Source: Candidatus Saccharimonadota bacterium
GTDB lineage: Bacteria; Patescibacteriota; Saccharimonadia; Saccharimonadales; Saccharimonadaceae
Assembly: GCA_002421785.1 (NCBI GenBank)
Contig: DIRZ01000002.1
Span: 369,146 to 401,145 of the forward strand
DNA: 32,000 nt
Direction: 5' to 3'
The notes beneath the pieces were generated by a model. That model searched no databases. It saw nothing but the letters and a program-made list of their open reading frames with translations, and was not told the DNA's origin. Position numbers and translations under genes: made by a program. Below, one piece after another: positions 24,045 to 32,000 of the stretch. How positions within the stretch are numbered: position 1 is the stretch's first letter; each line of letters opens with the position of its first letter.

Positions 24045-24416
24045 ATGCTTGGGAAAGTTTTGGCACTTGCAACGCTTGCCGCGTTTGTACTATTATCAGC
24101 GCTACTTCAGTCGACATCACCCTCGACTATTCACCCTGTGGGAATACTAATAATCTTCATTCTTTTTTACGTGTTAGCGCTTGGCGTGCTAACTTTTTTG
24201 CTTTTTGTGGTTGGGAAAATAGTGACAGGCGCAACAAAACATGCGCGCGCTGCGCACAAGATGACACTTCATCGAGCATACTATTTTGCGTCGGTACTTG
24301 CGCTCGCTCCCGTCATGTATATTGGAGTTCGTTCAATTGGACATACTGGAATATATGAATTGGTTCTCATCGCTATTTTCGAATTTGTCGCTTGTTTTTA
24401 CATCGCAAAACGATAA
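24045..24416 (+). CDS. Small polytopic membrane protein, unknown function
   Basis: The 123-aa product has about 4 hydrophobic helices. Confidence 0.6.
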   Translation: MLGKVLALATLAAFVLLSALLQSTSPSTIHPVGILIIFILFYVLALGVLTFLLFVVGKIVTGATKHARAAHKMTLHRAYYFASVLALAPVMYIGVRSIGHTGIYELVLIAIFEFVACFYIAKR

Positions 24417-24445
24417 TTAGCGGTGTATTTTTTTGAATGTCGTTA

Positions 24446-24454
24446 TGCTATAAT
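24446..24454 (+). promoter_or_regulatory. Extended -10 promoter TGcTATAAT, 8 nt upstream of the ATG at 24463
   Basis: The sequence is gttaTGCTATAATttacagatATG. Confidence 0.5.
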
Positions 24455-24462
24455 TTACAGAT

Positions 24463-24894
24463 ATGGAACCAAGGCAAACTGGATCAGGCGGGGGAATCGA
24501 GAGCGTGCCTGCACTATCGGGTGCATTCGAGTCATTACCAATTGCAGAACGACGAGTGGAGGGTGGTAATGAGACTCGGCCCGAACATCGGAACGAGGTT
24601 GGGGTAGTACAAGCAGAGGTGGCGCAGATCGCGATGCCCGCACTACCAGTGCCTATTCTCACCACTGCACCCTCCACTAGCCAGCAGGCGGCAGGTGTGC
24701 CTATTGATGACACGGTGCCGATAACGGCAAACGACGATGATCTGATTGAAAAAGAGTGGGTTGATAAGGCGAAAAAAATTCTTGCCGAAACACGAGACGA
24801 CCCGTACCGGAGGGAGAGCGAGGTGAGCAAGCTTCAGATTGAGTATATTCGTAAACGCTACGGACGCGAGATCGGTGCGGCAAGCGAAGAATGA
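24463..24894 (+). CDS. Hypothetical protein, disordered N-terminal half and conserved-looking helical C-terminus
   Basis: The 143-aa product has a C-terminal DDDLIEKEWVDKAKKILAETRDDPYRRESEVSKLQIEYIRKRYG. An ATGA overlap at 24891-24894 couples it to the downstream ATPase. Confidence 0.6.
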   Translation: MEPRQTGSGGGIESVPALSGAFESLPIAERRVEGGNETRPEHRNEVGVVQAEVAQIAMPALPVPILTTAPSTSQQAAGVPIDDTVPITANDDDLIEKEWVDKAKKILAETRDDPYRRESEVSKLQIEYIRKRYGREIGAASEE

Positions 24895-27809
24895 GTGAAG
24901 TAGGGGTATTCGTTGTACTGTTTGTCATTACCGTTCTTATTATTTCAGGGGCGGTCGCGGCATTTATAATCTATCGCAAGACACTTCGGGAAGCAAAAAA
25001 TTACGAACGTGGATTGAAGATGGTACCGATTCTTATACATTTACCTCCAGCAAGTGAGGACGTGGTCGGTGAAAATAGAGATAAGCGCGACTTGACCGAG
25101 GAGGTGCTTTCTCAGGCTCAGGTAATGTATAACATTATATCCAGTACTGCGACCAAGGGTTTTAAAAGCAAAATCTACGGACAGCGCCATCTGTCGTTTG
25201 AAATCGTGGCTCGTGATGGACTGGTTTATTACTATGCGGTTGTCCCGACGGTATTAACTGACGTAGTGAGCCAGGCAATTGCCGCCGCATACCCGTCTGC
25301 GCGGCTCGAGGAAGTGACTGAGCACAATGTGTTTAGTAAGGTCGGCAAGGGAAGTGGCACAATTGGCGGTGAGTTTACGCTGAAAAAAACGTTTGCCTAT
25401 CCCATCGCGACATACGTAGAGTCTAAGAGGGATGCGTCGCGCGCATTGCTTAATGCAATTTCTGCAGCGGGCCGTGAGGATGGCGTGGGCGTGCAGATTC
25501 TCGTTCGTCCTGCCAACGAAGGTTGGACGAAGGCTGCTATTTCACTGGCAGATAAAATAGTGAAAGACAAAGGTTTTAAAAAGACTGGACTCGCAAGTTT
25601 GTTCGCGCCGAAGGAAGTGATGGAAGCGCTATGGAAACCGCCAGAGACTGGTGCTGACGGAAAGCCTACGGAAAAACAGCTAAATGCGGTGGAGCAGAGC
25701 GCTGTAGAAGCGATTCAGGAGAAGACTCGATATCCTGGGTACGAAGTGCTGGTCCGTGTTGTTGTATCTTCGAACACAACTGCTCGTTCGCAGGCACTTT
25801 TAAAGAACATCGTCGCGGCATTCTCACTGTTTGATTCGCCATCATATAACGGCTTTAAGTTTAATCTCTCGAAGAATGTAGAGGAACTTACAACAGCATT
25901 TATATTTAGGTTTTTCCCACAACAAGTTAACCAGAGTATTTTAAACAGTGTAGAACTTGCAACAGTATTTCATTTACCAGATCAAAATAGCATTCCTACT
26001 TCTCAAGTCCAGCGTCAAATGAGTAAGCAGGTGGATGGACCAACGCAGGTAATGGACGAGGGTCTATTGCTCGGTTACAACGAGTTCCGAGGTGTAAAAA
26101 AACCAATTCGACTCGGCGACAAAGATCGTAGACGACACATACATATTATTGGGCAGACCGGTGTTGGTAAGTCTATCTTGCAGGAGAACCTTGCGTATCA
26201 GGATATGATGGATGGCCGAGGGTTTGCGTTTGTTGATCCACATGGTGATTCTGTCGAAGCCTTGTTGAGTAAGGTGCCGAAAGAGCGCGTCGAGGACGTT
26301 GTGTACTTCAACCCCAGCGACATGACCAATCCAATTGGACTGAACATGTTTGAATTTGACCATCCTGATCAAAAAGACTTTCTGGTGCAGGAAGCAATCA
26401 GTATGTTGTATGGTCTTTATGACCCAGGCCATACCGGAATCGTGGGTCCAAGGCTCGAGCATATATTTCGAAACTGCGCGCTCTTATTAATGTCTGACCC
26501 TGCGGGCGGAACGTTTATCGATATTCCGAAACTCCTTATAGACGAAGAATTTATGAAGAGCAAACTAAAATTTGTCACTGATCAGCAAGTGCTTGATTTC
26601 TGGACGAAGGAGTTTCCGGCTTCTCAACGTTCGAGCGAGGCAGGTGAAGTCATTAGTTGGGTAGTAAGCAAGTTTGGGCCCTTCATAAGTAACGATGCGA
26701 TGCGAAATATTATCGGGCAGACGAAGAGCGGCTTTAGTATCGCCGATATAATGAATAACAAAAAAATTCTGTTGGTGAATTTGAGTAAAGGAAAGATGGG
26801 GGATCTTAACTCGAAGCTGCTGGGTATTATCTTCGTCATGAAGTTTCAGGCAGCGGCTATGGCGCGGGCAAATATTGCCGAAGACGAACGTCTTGACTTC
26901 ACTCTTTATGTCGACGAGTTCCAGAATTTTGCAACAGATAGTTTTGAGACGATTCTGTCGGAAGCGCGTAAGTACCGTCTGAGTCTTGTGCTTGGTAATC
27001 AGTTTATGACACAACTAAAAGAAGAGCTGCGCGAAGCGATCATTGGTAACGTGGGCACCACGATAACTGGACGAATCGGTATCACTGATGCCGAAATCAT
27101 GGTTAAGCGCTATGCTCCCGCCTTTGATGCCGAAGACCTTACGAAGCTGCCTAATTATCAATCTGTTGTTGTTGCGCAAATTCAGGGTGTGCCGTCAGCT
27201 CCGTTTAGCATGAATTGGATTCCTCCGATGGGACAGGCAAACCAGCAGCTGAGTGATGCGCTCAAGCGACTTTCTTCCGCTAAGTACGGTCGTCCTCGTG
27301 GCCAGGTAGAACAGGAGATTTTTGCGCGGCTGACAGTGAAGAAAGAGCCCGCTGCTCCTGGCATGCCGGTTGGGCCAGGGGGAAACCGACCAGCGATTGG
27401 TACAAGTAGCACTGGTGCCTCGGCGACGTCGGGCTCTTCATTCCTTGACGAGTGGCTGGCTAAGCGGAAGCAAATGGGTGGTGGTCAGGGTGGCCAAAAG
27501 CATGCACCAGGAGCTCCAGCGGCTCAATTACCAGCTATGCCGCCTGCAGTGCCTAAATGGCCTGTATCGCCTCAGAACGCCTCGCAGCCTAGTCTAGCCG
27601 TAGCGCCTAACCCCGTTTTCAATGGTGAGCTAAGGGCGGAGGGTGTTGCCAAAACTGAAGCAGAGCAGCCCGCAGCCCCCGTCGAACTAAAGTCTATTCA
27701 AACGCAACTTTCAGATGAACTCAGTAATAATGATAGTATCGCACAGGATGACTCGCATTTGAGCGCACACGACAACAAGCCGGGCGAAGTATCTATAAAA
27801 CTGCGCTAG
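24891..27809 (+). CDS. VirD4/TraG/TraD-like (type IV coupling protein / HerA-FtsK superfamily) membrane-anchored ATPase with a long disordered C-terminal tail
   Basis: - It has one N-terminal TM helix, followed by about 380 aa I cannot assign.
- Walker A is IIGQTGVGKS (about nt 26151-26174).
- Walker B is LYVDEFQNF (about nt 26904-26930).
- ARKYRLSLVLGNQ is the arginine-finger/sensor region typical of TraD/TraG-like NTPases.
- The last approximately 155 aa are Pro/Ala/Gly/Gln-rich and low in complexity. Confidence 0.7.
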   Translation: MSEVGVFVVLFVITVLIISGAVAAFIIYRKTLREAKNYERGLKMVPILIHLPPASEDVVGENRDKRDLTEEVLSQAQVMYNIISSTATKGFKSKIYGQRHLSFEIVARDGLVYYYAVVPTVLTDVVSQAIAAAYPSARLEEVTEHNVFSKVGKGSGTIGGEFTLKKTFAYPIATYVESKRDASRALLNAISAAGREDGVGVQILVRPANEGWTKAAISLADKIVKDKGFKKTGLASLFAPKEVMEALWKPPETGADGKPTEKQLNAVEQSAVEAIQEKTRYPGYEVLVRVVVSSNTTARSQALLKNIVAAFSLFDSPSYNGFKFNLSKNVEELTTAFIFRFFPQQVNQSILNSVELATVFHLPDQNSIPTSQVQRQMSKQVDGPTQVMDEGLLLGYNEFRGVKKPIRLGDKDRRRHIHIIGQTGVGKSILQENLAYQDMMDGRGFAFVDPHGDSVEALLSKVPKERVEDVVYFNPSDMTNPIGLNMFEFDHPDQKDFLVQEAISMLYGLYDPGHTGIVGPRLEHIFRNCALLLMSDPAGGTFIDIPKLLIDEEFMKSKLKFVTDQQVLDFWTKEFPASQRSSEAGEVISWVVSKFGPFISNDAMRNIIGQTKSGFSIADIMNNKKILLVNLSKGKMGDLNSKLLGIIFVMKFQAAAMARANIAEDERLDFTLYVDEFQNFATDSFETILSEARKYRLSLVLGNQFMTQLKEELREAIIGNVGTTITGRIGITDAEIMVKRYAPAFDAEDLTKLPNYQSVVVAQIQGVPSAPFSMNWIPPMGQANQQLSDALKRLSSAKYGRPRGQVEQEIFARLTVKKEPAAPGMPVGPGGNRPAIGTSSTGASATSGSSFLDEWLAKRKQMGGGQGGQKHAPGAPAAQLPAMPPAVPKWPVSPQNASQPSLAVAPNPVFNGELRAEGVAKTEAEQPAAPVELKSIQTQLSDELSNNDSIAQDDSHLSAHDNKPGEVSIKLR

Positions 27810-27847
27810 GCGCAGTTATGTAGAGCCAGGGGTGGTCGCAAGGAATG

Positions 27848-28429
27848 TTATTTCTTGCCAAGGACGAGAAGTCGTAAATAATCAAAGATGAGACCGAGTA
27901 CCCAACCGATGAGGAACGAGGCGATTGTTTCGGTTCCCGATAGGGGATATCCGTTGAACCGTGCGACAAGGTAAATGGCCAGGGTAAATATGAATGAAAA
28001 TACCGCTCCTGATGCGATAGCGTTCGGGCGAGCGATGGTGCTGCCAACGACATCACTTGTTTTTTCAATAGCTGGGTGGTGAATGATATTACTGAACATG
28101 CGGCTTGGGGCGGACATTTGTGAGCGCACCTCAGCCATTGTAGCGTTGAAGCTCGCATCTCTTTCGCGCTTGGAGGCTGGACCGCGTCGTTGCGCGGGCG
28201 AGGTCTCGACCGATTTCTCGGGTTTCGCTGATTCCTTTTCAGATGACGAGGCGCGCTCGAGTGCTTCACGACGAGCACTTTCAAGATTCTCGGAATTCTT
28301 TTCGGCTGCGTTTTGCTCACGCTCAGCGGCGAGCTCGCGGTTACGCTCGTGCGCCTCTTGCATCAAGGACTCGCTATCAAATACCTTTTCGTGACTACTA
28401 TTTATGTTTTTTTCGTTACTCATGACCAC
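27848..28429 (-). CDS. Membrane protein with a highly charged N-terminal region, unknown function
   Basis: The 193-aa product has an E/R/K/S-rich first 100 aa, then 2-3 TM helices. An AAGGGGTGG Shine-Dalgarno lies upstream. It starts 22 nt downstream of the LPXTG protein gene on the same strand. Confidence 0.6.
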   Translation of the reverse strand: MVMSNEKNINSSHEKVFDSESLMQEAHERNRELAAEREQNAAEKNSENLESARREALERASSSEKESAKPEKSVETSPAQRRGPASKRERDASFNATMAEVRSQMSAPSRMFSNIIHHPAIEKTSDVVGSTIARPNAIASGAVFSFIFTLAIYLVARFNGYPLSGTETIASFLIGWVLGLIFDYLRLLVLGKK

Positions 28430-28451
28430 CCCTTATTTGAAAACTTTTCTA

Positions 28452-30149
28452 TTAGATTGTGCCCGCGTTGAGATCTCGACGGATGAGTCGCACCTCTTTT
28501 TTGATTTGTCGCGTGCGCGCGTAGAAATAGGCAACGACTGCGAAGACCACCCCAGCAAACAGCATATTCTCACGTGGTCCGGTGCGTGGCAGCTGTGCAA
28601 CTGTTTGCTCGACAATCTGTTTCTGAATAGGGCAGTCTACGTTAATTTCAACTGCGTTGCCAAAGACATTAATCATTTTACAATCATATGATGTTCGATC
28701 GCTCGTACCCGTGCCCATCGCAGGGATTTCCTTCACCATTTGGACAGTAAAGAGGCGCGTTTGTTTCTCGCCCGGTTTTAATGTGACGGTTGGCCAAGTG
28801 AGAGTTTTGGTTGCGCTATTGTAAGTACCGCCGCCAGCATCCGCGACTGTCGCGTATTCTACGATATCATCGAGAAGTTCTGTTGGTGTTACATCCGCAG
28901 GCGCCTTACCATGGTTGGCAATTTCAAGCGTATAGATAATCTTATCCGATGCTTGAGCTGTCGTCTTGGTTGCGTCAACTTCATCCTGAGTGATGTTTGA
29001 GGCAGTCTTTGTGAGCACTACGCTTGCCCTGCATTGCTCGTCTTTTATCCATAGGGTTGTGTCACCAGGGCAGGGCTGGCACTCGGGGCTACTCTTAAGG
29101 AGGCTTGGATTCTGTGGGCACATCTCTGGTGCGGGTATATTGAATGTCTTTACACAATCTGGCCCTGCTCTATCGCCTAGGGATGTTTTGACTGTCAACT
29201 CGACGGTGTAGGCACCCTGTATGGTTTGCGTAGTGACTGCCGTGTAGGATGTACTAGAAGATGACTTGGTAATAGTTTCCACTACTTTGCCGTCACGCTT
29301 GACTACATATGTATAGCCGGTGATTGTCGCGCCGTTTGCCGTAGAGCTTGTGGCGTCGAGCTGGTAGTTGTTGATGAGCCTCGTAATCTTCAAGCTCTCG
29401 CACTTGGCGGTTGGCTGAGGGGTGACGCAGTTTGGATAAGTTCCTGTCGTGCCTGTGGGGCATTTGGGAGTGGTGCAGTTTGGATAGGTACCGATTGTGC
29501 TAGTGGGACATTTAGGTACAGTACAGTCTGGATAGGTACCAACCGTGCCGGTGGGACATTTGGGGGCAGGAGGGATGACTTTAAGTACAAGGTTGCCACA
29601 AATCTTCGTAAGAGCAAACCATGTTCCGTTGGAGGCTGTTCCTATATATGCTTGGTAGTATGATCCACCTGCCACGTTTGCTCCCGTATCCCAGTTCGAA
29701 AGCGGGCGCATATAGAAGGTTCGAGTCCCTCCGTTCGCTGTTTTGATGGTATACGATCGTTCACCTTGTGCTGCGCTAAACCGAGAGGTAAGGCCCCAAG
29801 AGTAAACACCTTTGGAGTTAATTTCACCAGCACGTGCATTCACAACGTTGGTACGGGTGATTCCCAGAGTAGTAAACAGGTCTTTAATATTATTCGTGTT
29901 GGCGTCGTAATGGGAAAGGTAGCCCGAGAGAGTGCTCACGCCTCCGGGGATAAAATCCGAAGGACTTGACGCATTGACTGGTTCGGGGGGCGAAAATACC
30001 GCAAAAGATTGTACGATGAGCGCAAGTGCAGTGAATATAAGGCCGACGCGACGGGTGGCTTCTTCTTTTTTGAGCCGTTTGGCGTAAAAGCCAAGTTGCC
30101 CAACAAGAGCTGGGCTAAATGCAAGGTTCGATACTATTTTTCTGAACAT
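28452..30149 (-). CDS. LPXTG-anchored cell-surface protein with Cys-pair tandem repeats and a DUF11-like repeat domain
   Basis: - It has an N-terminal signal/TM region.
- Three 16-aa repeats follow the pattern KCPTGTxGTYPxCxxP.
- LTKTASNITQ...IIYTLEIANHGKAPA...TLKPGEKQTRLFTV resembles the DUF11/conserved repeat domain.
- The C-terminus has LPRTG (encoded at 28578-28592), a hydrophobic helix and a basic tail. Confidence 0.8.
   Translation of the reverse strand: MFRKIVSNLAFSPALVGQLGFYAKRLKKEEATRRVGLIFTALALIVQSFAVFSPPEPVNASSPSDFIPGGVSTLSGYLSHYDANTNNIKDLFTTLGITRTNVVNARAGEINSKGVYSWGLTSRFSAAQGERSYTIKTANGGTRTFYMRPLSNWDTGANVAGGSYYQAYIGTASNGTWFALTKICGNLVLKVIPPAPKCPTGTVGTYPDCTVPKCPTSTIGTYPNCTTPKCPTGTTGTYPNCVTPQPTAKCESLKITRLINNYQLDATSSTANGATITGYTYVVKRDGKVVETITKSSSSTSYTAVTTQTIQGAYTVELTVKTSLGDRAGPDCVKTFNIPAPEMCPQNPSLLKSSPECQPCPGDTTLWIKDEQCRASVVLTKTASNITQDEVDATKTTAQASDKIIYTLEIANHGKAPADVTPTELLDDIVEYATVADAGGGTYNSATKTLTWPTVTLKPGEKQTRLFTVQMVKEIPAMGTGTSDRTSYDCKMINVFGNAVEINVDCPIQKQIVEQTVAQLPRTGPRENMLFAGVVFAVVAYFYARTRQIKKEVRLIRRDLNAGTI
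29427..29570 (-). repeat. 3 x 48-nt in-frame tandem repeat inside the surface-protein gene
   Basis: The units lie at 29427-29474, 29475-29522 and 29523-29570. They encode TTPKCPTGTTGTYPNC, TVPKCPTSTIGTYPNC and PAPKCPTGTVGTYPDC. Confidence 0.9.
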
Positions 30150-30246
30150 GGTGCTACCTGTTATTTTTGTTTATGTATACCTCTCGCCGATATATTAGCA
30201 TAACAAATATGTTCAGTGCAATGACTTGAATGAACAATCTTTTTTA

Positions 30247-30255
30247 TGGTATAAT
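30247..30255 (+). promoter_or_regulatory. Extended -10 promoter TGgTATAAT for gyrB
   Basis: It lies 45 nt upstream of the ATG at 30301. A GAGGG Shine-Dalgarno lies at 30292-30296. Confidence 0.5.
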
Positions 30256-30294
30256 GGAGCACATTGTTAAACATCTGAAATGACCGCAAAGTGA

Positions 30295-32000
<1,706 letters not shown>

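Noticed and set aside
23884-24150. 88-aa plus-strand ORF with a GTG start
   Set aside because: It overlaps the start of the 123-aa membrane protein gene in another frame, and its composition is Cys/Arg/Tyr-rich and non-protein-like. The promoter at 24030-24038 supports the 24045 gene instead.
27793-28320. 175-aa minus-strand ORF in an alternative frame of the 193-aa gene
   Set aside because: It is Arg/Pro/Ser-rich with no TM or domain features. The 27848-28429 frame has an SD and a coherent charged-plus-TM architecture.
29427-29570. Regular 48-nt repeats as a possible CRISPR or other non-coding array
   Set aside because: The repeats are directly adjacent with no spacers. They are in frame and encode a Cys-containing peptide repeat within a long ORF.

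Overview
The window is a gene-dense, mostly housekeeping stretch of a small bacterial genome. Gene content and style suggest Patescibacteria/CPR, probably Saccharibacteria (TM7)-like. The clues are a type IV pilus minor-pilin operon, an LPXTG surface protein, short intergenic gaps and many TGnTATAAT promoters. This taxonomic call is inference only.

Gene order, left to right:
- pilD (5' partial) and four pilin-like genes
- a convergent Xer recombinase, then uppP, ndk, tRNA-Arg(CCT) and a bPH_2 membrane protein
- a SurA/PrsA-like protein, sodA, tRNA-Asp(GTC) and tRNA-Thr(CGT)
- a small membrane protein plus a processive GT2 synthase, nrdR and a self-contained 37-aa leaderless gene
- tRNA-Val(GAC), a T-box-like leader plus thrS, a HAD nucleotidase-like gene and an alkyltransferase-like (PWHR) protein
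- miaA, a wHTH protein, an MBL-fold protein, rpmB and an M50 protease
- a structured candidate ncRNA, tRNA-Pro(GGG) and RNase P RNA
- rplT-rpmI-infC (ATC start), comM/yifB and tmRNA

Downstream of tmRNA the character changes. There is a candidate about 96-nt sRNA, a CAP-domain secreted protein and a gene-poor stretch of about 1 kb. Next comes a three-gene module headed by small proteins and ending in a 972-aa VirD4/TraG-like ATPase. A two-gene operon (LPXTG Cys-repeat/DUF11 surface protein plus a membrane protein) converges on it. gyrB (3' partial) follows; it has no stop in the window and is absent from the ORF track.

I found no CRISPR array, transposase or recognisable defence system. The most interesting items are the orphan coupling-ATPase/surface-protein locus, two unassigned RNA candidates, the leaderless micro-gene, the compact T-box and pervasive leaderless promoter architecture.
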